NCBI GenBank assembly: GCA_963841605.1
Contig: CAWJDM010000016.1
Coordinates: 2,405-66,404 of the forward strand
Source: an uncultured Acidobacteriota bacterium
GTDB lineage: Bacteria; Acidobacteriota; Terriglobia; Acidiferrales; UBA7541
Reading direction: 5' to 3'
DNA length: 64,000 nt
Below the pieces are notes generated by a model. The model made no database searches. It was not told the origin of the DNA and was given only the letters and a program-made list of their open reading frames with translations. Shown here one piece after another: positions 28,074-36,786 of the stretch; the stretch's first letter is position 1; every line of letters begins with the position of its first letter. Both the position numbers and the translations under genes were made by a program.

Positions 28074-28574
28074 TCATGGCGGCGGAAGGGCGTAGGCGAT
28101 CGCGCGGCCGGCTGCGACGATGGCGACCCAGAGGACGATGGATACGATTGCCGCGACCTTGGCGGCTTGCGGTGTTTTCGGAGCCAGATCCCACTGCGCC
28201 ACGCTGCGGCCGATGGTCGCGTTGAAGATCAGGACGTTGAGGCCGGCGAGCACGAGGAAAATCATTTTGGCTTTGAAGAAGGTCGTGCCCCAAAAGGCGG
28301 GCGGATCGCCAGTGAAGAGGAGCAGGCCCGATGCGACCATGATGGCGAAGCCGACAAACAAGAATGGGTTGAGCTGCGCCAGGACTTCCGACACTTTTCT
28401 GCGCCGCATGCAGACGCCGAGAAGGCGAAGATCGAGCAGCACGGCGAATCCGAGGAAGAGAGTGAGCGTGAGAACGTGGATGGTTTCGACGAGGGGCTCG
28501 GCCCAGATCGACTCGCGCATCGTGGTGCTGAGCTGCGTATCGTGAAGCCACTGCAAGAAATTAGCAAACCACAT
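28074..28574 (-). CDS. Four-TM membrane protein, paralogue 2 (same family)
   Basis: 166 aa, tandem paralogue of 27546..28040, with a 33-nt spacer. Confidence 0.6.
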   Translation of the reverse strand: MWFANFLQWLHDTQLSTTMRESIWAEPLVETIHVLTLTLFLGFAVLLDLRLLGVCMRRRKVSEVLAQLNPFLFVGFAIMVASGLLLFTGDPPAFWGTTFFKAKMIFLVLAGLNVLIFNATIGRSVAQWDLAPKTPQAAKVAAIVSIVLWVAIVAAGRAIAYALPPP

Positions 28575-28748
28575 CCGCTGTCCTTGGCATCCTCAAGAAT
28601 TCCGGGGCTAAAGTCCATGAGATTGCGGTGCCGTTAATCGAGGGGCTGAAGCCCCACGCTTCCACCCTTGGAGAATCCCGCCGTACCAGTTTTTCGTGAC
28701 GGCTTACGATGGCGTCAAAGCGCGGCCCTGGCAGCGTATCGGAAGGCT

Positions 28749-29573
28749 TCACTTCGCCTCGCACGGAGTGGGGTCCCAGCCGGTGGCGTCGGCTTGCTTC
28801 TTGAACTGGTCGCTGGTGATGAAGGGCTGGTAGAGATTCTCGGGGTCGGTGACGATCGCGGTGACGACGAGCCAGGTGTCGCCATTCGCTTCCTTGAAGC
28901 TGTCGAAATATTCTTCGAGCACAGCATTGGCGCTATACGGAGCGCCATTCTTGCGCAGATAGCCGGGGCGCATGTGCGTGGTGACAACCTTCAAATAACC
29001 TTCCGAAGCGCCATGGGGGCCGCCGCCGGGGCCGAGGAGGGTTGTCGGTATCCGGAACATGCCGCCTGCTGGTAGGCCTTCCCAAGAGGCGACGGAATAG
29101 CCCTGCCATTCGGCCTTCATGTTTTCGGGCGCGGTGGTGTTGAAATGGAAAAGGCGGGTCTGCATACCGGCATCGGTTTCGACGCGCAGCGTATCGTCGC
29201 CCTGCCAGGTGATGTGAAGGCGCGTGGGCATGCGCATGATCCCGGCGGCGCCGTAGGCGCGACATTGATTCCCATCAGCGGCGTCCTTGGCTGGATCCCA
29301 GGCCTCCGCGAGAGCATGACCTTGCTGCGTGAGAGGGACACCGCCGTAGTCGCCCTTGTCGGCCGTGATCATACGATAACGCCAGTCTTCCGTGATGATG
29401 GAGACCCAGTAGCCGGTGAAATCCTGCGGGGCAATCAATCGCGGATTTGGCGGTTTCGCGGCAGGCGGCGGCGGACCGAACTGCGCGCTGACGCGCAACG
29501 GCGCGGCCAGCGCCAGCAAAGCGGAAGCGGCGAAAAGAAGCGCCACGCGGTTTTGCAGAATTCTAAAATTCAT
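28749..29573 (-). CDS. Conserved-looking hypothetical secreted protein, paralogue A
   Basis: Signal peptide MNFRILQNRVALLFAASALLALAAPLRVSAQ. Its C-terminal block YLRKNGAPYSANAVLEEYF...WLVVTAIVTDPENLYQPFITSDQF parallels WVRRNGIPRSDEATVSEHI...YLSVAVITYDPLYLTAPFIRTTDF in 31218..32102. Confidence 0.6.
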   Translation of the reverse strand: MNFRILQNRVALLFAASALLALAAPLRVSAQFGPPPPAAKPPNPRLIAPQDFTGYWVSIITEDWRYRMITADKGDYGGVPLTQQGHALAEAWDPAKDAADGNQCRAYGAAGIMRMPTRLHITWQGDDTLRVETDAGMQTRLFHFNTTAPENMKAEWQGYSVASWEGLPAGGMFRIPTTLLGPGGGPHGASEGYLKVVTTHMRPGYLRKNGAPYSANAVLEEYFDSFKEANGDTWLVVTAIVTDPENLYQPFITSDQFKKQADATGWDPTPCEAK

Positions 29574-29658
29574 CAGTTTGCCCCCAACAACTCGAAGCTG
29601 TCTCGCAAAATGTTCGCGGCACGAGCAAGCCCGCGGCTAAAAGGCGCCTTATCGGCGG

Positions 29659-30045
29659 CTACATGATTACGCCTTCCCACTTCCAGCCGTCGGATGGGCG
29701 GACGAGCTTGTGCAAGCGAATCCGGTGCTCGGAAGGATCGCGGCCTGGATTGCCGGTGGCGATCACGTGGTCGCCCGGCCGCAGAGTGTCGCGCGTGACG
29801 TGCTCGCGGTCCAGCTGAGCGCCGCCGCCCCATTCAATCGACCATATCTGCATCTTGCCGTCGGCGCCGGGCGCCTGAATCTTGATGAACGAGTGCGGAT
29901 TGCGGAAGAGGAACTGCGTGAGCGTGCCCTCGACGGTGATCTCGCGATCCACGAAATAGGTGGCGGCAAAGGAGTGGTGGGCGTAAGCGGCGCCGGCGGA
30001 AACGAGCGCGGCAGCCGCGAGAACAATCGACAGTGCATATTTCAT
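29659..30045 (-). CDS. Small secreted protein with predicted mature N-terminus His-His (I recall this family as DUF6152; unverified)
   Basis: MKYALSIVLAAAALVSAGAAYA|HHSFAATYF... About 106-aa mature beta-rich domain. GGGGGA RBS. Confidence 0.6.
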   Translation of the reverse strand: MKYALSIVLAAAALVSAGAAYAHHSFAATYFVDREITVEGTLTQFLFRNPHSFIKIQAPGADGKMQIWSIEWGGGAQLDREHVTRDTLRPGDHVIATGNPGRDPSEHRIRLHKLVRPSDGWKWEGVIM

Positions 30046-30111
30046 ATGGTCCCCCGTGATATTAAAACGCTACCGTTCTATGGATAAGAGGCGCAAAACG
30101 CAGCGTCCGTT

Positions 30112-31167
30112 TCAATCTTTCTTGGTCAAACTCTTGTAGACAGCCTCCACAAACATGTCGGTGGTCCAGATGCCGCTGGTGGCGCCGTAACGCGGATCAT
30201 AATCCTGCGTGGGGCGCGCGGCTTTCACTTGTTCGAGCGTCATGCCCTTATTGATCATGTCCTGAATGCGGTCGCGAATGATAGTGACCATTTCCTGGTA
30301 GAAGACGACGTCCGATTGATCGCAGAGGCGGCCGTGGCCGGGAACGATCAGCGTGCCGCCTTCGTCCGTGGGGCCGGGAGTGGCGAGCTCGATGATGCGA
30401 TTGAGTCCGGCGATGATGCCCTGGATGTTGCCGCCGCGCGCCATGTCGACGATCGGATAGCGATTCGTGACGAAAATGTCGCCGGTGCTGATCACATCCG
30501 AGCGGTGGAAGAAGACGATGCTATCGCCATCGGTGTGCGCGTTGGGAATGTGGATCACCTGGACCGCTTCGCCATTGAAGAAGAGTTTGCGCTCGGGAGT
30601 GGTGTAGGTTTCGGTGGGCCACGCGCCCTGCGGCGTGGGAGACTTCTCACCGGTTGGCGCGCTCATTCGGTCGAGAACGGTTTGAAACGCGAGGATGGCC
30701 GCCTGATTTCCGGCGCTGGCGCCGATATCGCCGACGACGTTGCCGCCCGCGATCGTATTGCCCGCTTTGGCAAGGGCCTCGTTGCCGCCGGTATGGTCGG
30801 GATGCATGTGCGTGTTGATGATGTAGCGAATGGGCTCGTCGGTGACGCTGTGAATGGCGGCGAGAACTTTGTCACTGGTTCCGGCGAGTCCGGTGTCGAC
30901 GAGCAGCACGCCGTCGTTGCCGACCTGCATCGTGATATTGCCGCCCGCGCCGACCAGCATGTAGACATTGCCCTGTACGTGAAGGACGTGAACCTCGACA
31001 TTCGCAGCATTGGGTGCCGGATTGGGCGCGGCGGGCGGAGCGGCCGGGGCTTGCGCGCGGGCGAATTGCCACGATGCCGCGGCGGCAAAGAGAGCGAGCG
31101 CGGCGACGATCCTGAGTGCGCCGAGCGCTAGGCGGCTCTTGGAAGAAGTGAGCAGCTTGGTTGTCAT
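30112..31167 (-). CDS. Secreted MBL-fold metallo-hydrolase
   Basis: ORF 30112..31860 trimmed to Met232 (signal plus Ala/Pro-rich linker). HxHxDH motif (NTHMHPDHTGGN) and downstream His/Asp ligands (HIPNAHTDGD, VPGHG). Confidence 0.85.
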   Translation of the reverse strand: MTTKLLTSSKSRLALGALRIVAALALFAAAASWQFARAQAPAAPPAAPNPAPNAANVEVHVLHVQGNVYMLVGAGGNITMQVGNDGVLLVDTGLAGTSDKVLAAIHSVTDEPIRYIINTHMHPDHTGGNEALAKAGNTIAGGNVVGDIGASAGNQAAILAFQTVLDRMSAPTGEKSPTPQGAWPTETYTTPERKLFFNGEAVQVIHIPNAHTDGDSIVFFHRSDVISTGDIFVTNRYPIVDMARGGNIQGIIAGLNRIIELATPGPTDEGGTLIVPGHGRLCDQSDVVFYQEMVTIIRDRIQDMINKGMTLEQVKAARPTQDYDPRYGATSGIWTTDMFVEAVYKSLTKKD

Positions 31168-31217
31168 TGGGTGCTCCTCATCTCTTTCCAATTCATTTTT
31201 GCAAATCATTGTGCGTG

Positions 31218-32102
31218 TCATTGTGGAGGCGCGGGCTTTGGCCGCGGCAAACGCTTCATGTTTTTCATTTTCAGTATATATTCGGGATACATCGTTTCCG
31301 CGCCGCCCCGGGCTGCTTCGGGAGGTATCCCGTACTTGGCAGGGAACTCGTCGAGGAAAGTGTTGGTGCCCGGAAGATGCGCGGGAACTTCTCCCTCGGG
31401 GCGGTCGACCTCGTCGACGGATTCGCACGGCCACGGGGCAATCTGCTGCTGCGGATCGAAAACGAAGTCCGTGGTGCGGATGAACGGCGCCGTGAGGTAG
31501 AGCGGATCGTACGTGATTACGGCGACCGACAGATAATTGCCGTGGCGCGTGATGTGTTCGCTGACCGTGGCTTCGTCGCTGCGAGGAATGCCGTTGCGGC
31601 GAACCCAGTTTTCCTTGAGATGATCGGTGAAGATGGCGAGCGTATCGCCTTCCCAGTGTCCGGTGGAAAAGCCGAGCCAGGTGTGGCGGGCGTAGGCCGG
31701 AGGATGCGGGCGCCCGTCCATATAGATGGTGCGGGATTCGTTGTAGGCCGAGGTGTAAAAGTGATAGGCGATGAGTTTCTGCGAGGCCAAATCGACTTCC
31801 TTCCAGATGCGAATATTCGAAGGGCCGCGCCACGCATAATCGGCGCCGTGGGCCCTGCACTGATTCTCAGGAATCTCGACGAGTGCCGCGTCCCACGTGT
31901 CGCCCTGCATGCGTGCGGCGGGATTGATCGGAAGGCCCAGATAGTCGCCAATTTCGGGGCCGGGTATGCGCTCGAGCCAGTCTTCGTCAAACCTCGGCGC
32001 CCATTCGCCCGACGGGTCGATTTGAGCCGATGCCGGGCCGGCGATCAGCGCTACGAGTAACAGCGCCGGTCCTGCAATTTTCGCGAACCTCACTTTCCCC
32101 AT
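31218..32102 (-). CDS. Conserved-looking hypothetical secreted protein, paralogue B
   Basis: ORF 31218..32279 trimmed to Met60 (MGKVRFAKIAGPALLLVALIAGPASAQ). YMDGRPHPPAYARHTWLGFSTGHWEGDTL...WVRRNGIPRSDEA block. Homologous to 28749..29573. Confidence 0.6.
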   Translation of the reverse strand: MGKVRFAKIAGPALLLVALIAGPASAQIDPSGEWAPRFDEDWLERIPGPEIGDYLGLPINPAARMQGDTWDAALVEIPENQCRAHGADYAWRGPSNIRIWKEVDLASQKLIAYHFYTSAYNESRTIYMDGRPHPPAYARHTWLGFSTGHWEGDTLAIFTDHLKENWVRRNGIPRSDEATVSEHITRHGNYLSVAVITYDPLYLTAPFIRTTDFVFDPQQQIAPWPCESVDEVDRPEGEVPAHLPGTNTFLDEFPAKYGIPPEAARGGAETMYPEYILKMKNMKRLPRPKPAPPQ

Positions 32103-32278
32103 TCCCCCATTCCTAGGCGTGCAAAAGCAGATAGTGCCGTCGAAAAGCCGCCGAGCGCGCGGCGCGAGCACCCTCAGGGGCTGAAGAAAGAACGTGAGAA
32201 AAGAAAAGCGCCACCCGCGCCGCCCTCCGCGGCGGTCCCCCAAGAAAGCCGCCGCGGAGCTGTCTGTAGTGCTCTCCA

Positions 32279-33322
32279 CTAGTTGCGTGGAGTATCGCCC
32301 CCGATAAACGTTGCGTCGGTGCGCCGGGACGCGCCACCCGCCGCGCTCTGCGTAACTGCGACCGGGCCATTCGATTCAGGCACCTTGATCGGCTCGAGCA
32401 TCTTCAGAATTTCGGGCCGTCGCTGCTCGAACCACGGAGGCAGCAGAAGCTGGTGGCCAAGCTGATCGTAGGGCTCGTCGCGCGCGAAACCGCCGGGAGC
32501 CGTGGCCGCGACCTCGATCAGAATTCCGCCGGGGCACCGGCAATAGACGGAATGGAAGTAGACGCGGTCCTTGATCTCGGATGCGTCGGTGTAGCCCAAT
32601 TCCTCGTAGAGCGCCTTTTGTTCCGCCAGGGCTTCATCCGTGCCAACGTCGAGCGCGAGGTGATGTCCCGTGCCCGCGCCAAAAATCCAGCTACCTGCGG
32701 GGCGATCCGGTTCGTGAACGAGAATTACGGTGCGGCCCGGCCCGCCAGCACCCACTTCGAAGCGATGATAAGGACCTTCGGTGCCGGTCTTGCGGAAGCC
32801 GAGAGCATCGATGAAGAAGCGCTCGGTCTCGGGGACTTCCTTCACCGAGAGCACGGCGCCGTAGAATCCGCGCGTCGCGACGTCGCCGCTGATTTCTTCG
32901 GTGGTCCAGCCCTTCCGCTTGTCGGCGGAATCCTCCACCACTTCCAACTGCAAGCCGGAGGGATGGTCGAAGCGAACGAACGCCTGGCCGAAGCGTTCCT
33001 GAAGCCCCGTATTCTTGACCTTGTGACGATTCAGATGGTCGACCCAGAACTTGGCCGTGCCCTTGGGAATCGTGTAGGACGTTGCCGAAATCTGGCCGGA
33101 ACCGGGGCGCCCTTTCACTCGCTGATACGGGAACGTGGTTGCGACCGAGCCAGGCTCGGCATTCGCGTTCGCGTAATACAAGTGGTAGTGCGCGTAACGG
33201 CCGTCAAAGAGGATCGTTTGCTTGATCATCCGCTGGCCGGCTACTTTGGTGAAGAAATCGATGTCTTCCTGCGCCTGACTGGCGCAAAGGGTGATGTGAT
33301 GCAGGCCTGTGACGAGAGACAT
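32279..33322 (-). CDS. Two-domain VOC-superfamily ring-cleaving dioxygenase (glyoxalase/bleomycin-resistance fold, MhqO-like)
   Basis: ORF trimmed to Met20 (MSLVTGLHHITLCASQAQEDIDFF; [10 protein letters not shown]). Second VOC module (GFYGAVLSVKEV...FFIDALGF...GHHLALDV) and C-terminal FHSVYCRCPGGILIEVA. Confidence 0.8.
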   Translation of the reverse strand: MSLVTGLHHITLCASQAQEDIDFFTKVAGQRMIKQTILFDGRYAHYHLYYANANAEPGSVATTFPYQRVKGRPGSGQISATSYTIPKGTAKFWVDHLNRHKVKNTGLQERFGQAFVRFDHPSGLQLEVVEDSADKRKGWTTEEISGDVATRGFYGAVLSVKEVPETERFFIDALGFRKTGTEGPYHRFEVGAGGPGRTVILVHEPDRPAGSWIFGAGTGHHLALDVGTDEALAEQKALYEELGYTDASEIKDRVYFHSVYCRCPGGILIEVAATAPGGFARDEPYDQLGHQLLLPPWFEQRRPEILKMLEPIKVPESNGPVAVTQSAAGGASRRTDATFIGGDTPRN

Positions 33323-33535
33323 GGTGGTTACCTCCTCGCAACGGCGGGCATCATACGCCAACCGGGTACGCAGAGACAAGCGTACGTCGATTCAAACTGG
33401 GAATCGCTGGAAGGGACCGGCTTTACCAGAACGGATACACGTGCGGTTGCCAGCGTTGACATTTGGAAGGTGCTTGGCAGAATGGGGCTACTCAGGGGAT
33501 GTCTGGAAGCTACCTGGAGCTGGGGAGGAACGACC

Positions 33536-34342
33536 TTGATTCTATTCAGGCGTGCTGGCGCGATTGGGCTCTGTTGTTTGCTTTGTGTTTTGCCGGTGAT
33601 GGGTCAGTCTCAATCGACCGGACAACGGGCCGGGCAGATCGACGCGATGATTCCGGCCGTTTCCGTGAACTCGCAGACGGCTCAGGTGAAAGAGCCGTTA
33701 CAGTGGAACGATCTGCTGGCCACGGCGCAAAACGGGCGAGTGCGCGCCGGCCTGCTGGACGGGTCACTCTTGAGCCTGGGTTCGAATAGCCAACTGCGCA
33801 TCGTGCGGCACGACGCCGCTTCGCAACAAACTTCGCTCGAGATGGATTACGGGAAAGTGCGAAGCCAGGTGCAAAAGATCACGAAGCCGGGCGGCAAGTT
33901 CCAAATCACGACGCCGAACGCAGTCATCGGCGTGATTGGGACCGATTTCGTAACCTTGTTCGAAAACGGCACCACGACCGTCATGTGCTTCCAGGGCCAA
34001 GTGTCCGTGACGCCGAGCGGGAACGCGCAGGCGGCCCAGAATACCGGGCAAACCAACGGAAATTCGATCACGTTGGGACCCGGTCAGATGGTTGTGATTG
34101 GCCCGGTGGTTCCTCCTGGAGGATTTCAAGTTGCGAAGACGCCGACGGGCTTGATGAACGCCGGCATTCTCGATACAGGTGTGATTCAGGGCGGGAACCC
34201 CGTGGCACGCGGCGGGCACGGATTGCGTTGGGGACTCATCACGGCGGGCGTGGCGCTCGGCGTGGGCGTCGGGATCGCCGTGGGAGAGCAAAGAAGCGGT
34301 AAGACTGGCACCTGCCCGGTTGGCGTGTCTACCTGCGGGTAG
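33536..34342 (+). CDS. FecR-domain secreted protein with C-terminal TM/Gly-rich tail
   Basis: Start set at TTG 33536, which has GGAGG 7 nt upstream and gives the signal peptide MILFRRAGAIGLCCLLCVLPVMG. ATG 33482 is the alternative start. FecR motifs (GSNSQLRI...TPNAVIGVIGTDFV). Confidence 0.7.
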   Translation: MILFRRAGAIGLCCLLCVLPVMGQSQSTGQRAGQIDAMIPAVSVNSQTAQVKEPLQWNDLLATAQNGRVRAGLLDGSLLSLGSNSQLRIVRHDAASQQTSLEMDYGKVRSQVQKITKPGGKFQITTPNAVIGVIGTDFVTLFENGTTTVMCFQGQVSVTPSGNAQAAQNTGQTNGNSITLGPGQMVVIGPVVPPGGFQVAKTPTGLMNAGILDTGVIQGGNPVARGGHGLRWGLITAGVALGVGVGIAVGEQRSGKTGTCPVGVSTCG

Positions 34343-34370
34343 CTTCTGCTGATTTCAAGCGCGATACGAC

Positions 34371-36731
34371 ATGACGACGCAGAAAGAACGCCGGGCGCAA
34401 GTATCGGCGTGGCTGCGCAGAATCTGGATCCGGCAAACGGATGTCGTCCTGGCGATGCTGGTGACGCTCGCGGGACTGGCGCTCTTCGCGTTTTCTGGAA
34501 TCGGCGGTAACACGCACGCGGGCTTCGTTTTCCTCCAAAATATCGAGCAGCGCTCGCTCGACCTGCGTTTCGGCATGCGCGGCGAGCGAGCGCACGACGA
34601 CCGCATCGTCATCGTAGGCATCGACGAGAAAACTCTTCAGAAAATCGGTTCGTTTCCGCTTCCACGGGATAGTTACGCGCTGCTGATCAAACAGCTCGAT
34701 GCCGGTGGCGCGGGCGTGATCGCGTTTGACGAAACGTTTCCAACGCCCGCGAGCAATTCGGCGATCGCAGCGCTCGAGGAACTGCGGCGCGATGCGGGCA
34801 AGTCTATCTCGCCGACCCTTCTTGCAAAGATTCAGGATATCGAGGGCAGCAGCGACCAGGACGCGAGCCTGGCGGCGGCGCTCAAGAGCGGCGGCAACGT
34901 CGTGCTTGGGCACGTTTTTCTCGGCCCCGGGAATCTCGAGTCCACCGACGCGAAGGTGGCCGCGGACTACTACAACATCGTTTGGGCGAAGTCTTTTCCG
35001 CAGGTTGTGCCGGTGAAAGGCAAGGACGGACGCGCTTTCGACCTCGGAAAAGCATGGATCAATAGCGGCGGCGTGGTTGAGGCGGCCGTGGAGCCGAACA
35101 TCGTAAAGCTCGCGGAGGCTGCCGCGTCGTATGGGTTCATCAACATCCGGCCCGATCCGGATGGGACGCTGCGGCACGCGCTGCTGATCGTGCGCTACCA
35201 GGATCAGGACTTCTTTCCTTCGCTGGCTCTGCAGATCGTGCGCCAGTATGAAAACATTCCGGATCAAAATATCGCGGCGTATATCGCGGAAGACGGCCTG
35301 GAACGAATTCAAGTCGGAGCTCACACGCTGCGGCCGTCGCGCGACGGCACGGCACTGATCAACTACGCCGGACCCTACGGCACCTACGCGCAGTATTCGA
35401 TGTGGGACGTAATGAGCGGCGCGGTCCCTCCCGAGACGTTTCACAACAAGATCGTCCTGGTTGGCGGCACGGCGCTTGCGATTGGCGACCTGCGGAACAC
35501 GCCGTTCGCGGGGACGTATATGGGAGTGGAGGTTCACGCAAACATCATCGACAACGTGCTGCACAGCCAAGAAAAGGGCCGCGGATTCCTGCAGCGCGGG
35601 TTCAACGAGGAAATGATCGACATCGGCGTGATCCTGATTTTCGGAATTGCTTTCGGAGTGCTGTTTGGCCGCGTGCAACCTCTGTATTCGACCCTTTCGC
35701 TGATTGTGGCGCTCGGGGTGTTCGCATGGTTCGTCTATTACGAATTTGCGGTGCAGGGGCGATGGCTCAGTTTCGTGATTCCGGCGGGAACGCTGGTGGC
35801 GAACTACGCGGCGATCACGAGTTTCCGCATGATTTTCGAGGAACGCGAGAAACGGAGGATTCGCAAAACCTTTTCCCAGTATCTCTCGAGCGGCGTGATC
35901 TCGCTGATCGAGAAGGACCCGCAGAAATACATCCGTCCCGGCGGCGAGATGAAGGAACTCACCGTGATGTTCAGCGATATCCGCGGATTTACGACGCTGT
36001 CGGAGGGGCTGACGCCGAATGAGCTTGTGCTGCTGCTGAATGAATACCTGGGAGAAATGACCGAGGCGGTCTTTGGCAATCAGGGCACGCTCGACAAATA
36101 TATCGGCGACGCGATCATGGCGTTTTGGGGCTCGCCGTATCCGCAGGAAGATCACGCGATTCGCGGATGCAAGTGCGCGCTGCAGATGATTCGAGGACTC
36201 GAGAAGCTGAATCGCAAGTGGAAGTCGGAAGGGCGCGCGCCGCTGGCGATCGGAATCGGGCTGAACACAGGACCCGTGAATGTGGGGAACATGGGCTCGG
36301 CGAAACGGCTGGCGTGGACCGTGATGGGCGACAACGTGAATCTTGCTTCGCGGCTCGAGGGGATTACCAAGACTTATCGACTCTCTGTCGTGATCGCCGA
36401 GGGGACCTATGAGCAGGTGGCGAGCCAGTTCACTTGCCGCGAACTCGACCGGATCGCGGTGAAGGGCAAAAGCCATGCGGTGAAGATCTACGAACTGATG
36501 GGCGCGGCCGCCGAGCGGGCGAAATTCGAGCCGCTGCTGACGCCATTTGACCGGGCGATGACTGCCTATCTAAGACAGGATTGGCGCGAGGCTGCGGGGC
36601 GATTTGGCGAGCTGCTGGGCAGCTATCCCGACGATGGCCCGACGCAGGTGTTTCTGCAGCGGGCGCTGGAATTCATGGAGAACGCACCCGAGCCGGATTG
36701 GAATGGTGTGTACGTGATGAAGACGAAGTGA
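34371..36731 (+). CDS. CHASE2-sensor class III adenylate/guanylate cyclase
   Basis: N-terminal TM, then a periplasmic CHASE2-like region (IVIVGIDEKTL...PLPR), then 3 TM helices. Cyclase core (LTVMFSDIRGFTTLSE...LDKYIGDAIMAFWGSP...GLNTGPVNVGNMGS...WTVMGDNVNLASRLE). Confidence 0.9.
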   Translation: MTTQKERRAQVSAWLRRIWIRQTDVVLAMLVTLAGLALFAFSGIGGNTHAGFVFLQNIEQRSLDLRFGMRGERAHDDRIVIVGIDEKTLQKIGSFPLPRDSYALLIKQLDAGGAGVIAFDETFPTPASNSAIAALEELRRDAGKSISPTLLAKIQDIEGSSDQDASLAAALKSGGNVVLGHVFLGPGNLESTDAKVAADYYNIVWAKSFPQVVPVKGKDGRAFDLGKAWINSGGVVEAAVEPNIVKLAEAAASYGFINIRPDPDGTLRHALLIVRYQDQDFFPSLALQIVRQYENIPDQNIAAYIAEDGLERIQVGAHTLRPSRDGTALINYAGPYGTYAQYSMWDVMSGAVPPETFHNKIVLVGGTALAIGDLRNTPFAGTYMGVEVHANIIDNVLHSQEKGRGFLQRGFNEEMIDIGVILIFGIAFGVLFGRVQPLYSTLSLIVALGVFAWFVYYEFAVQGRWLSFVIPAGTLVANYAAITSFRMIFEEREKRRIRKTFSQYLSSGVISLIEKDPQKYIRPGGEMKELTVMFSDIRGFTTLSEGLTPNELVLLLNEYLGEMTEAVFGNQGTLDKYIGDAIMAFWGSPYPQEDHAIRGCKCALQMIRGLEKLNRKWKSEGRAPLAIGIGLNTGPVNVGNMGSAKRLAWTVMGDNVNLASRLEGITKTYRLSVVIAEGTYEQVASQFTCRELDRIAVKGKSHAVKIYELMGAAAERAKFEPLLTPFDRAMTAYLRQDWREAAGRFGELLGSYPDDGPTQVFLQRALEFMENAPEPDWNGVYVMKTK

Positions 36732-36786
36732 CGGAGTGGCGTCAAGAAAAGGCGCCCGCCTGAAACCAAGGCGGCCGCTACCAGAA

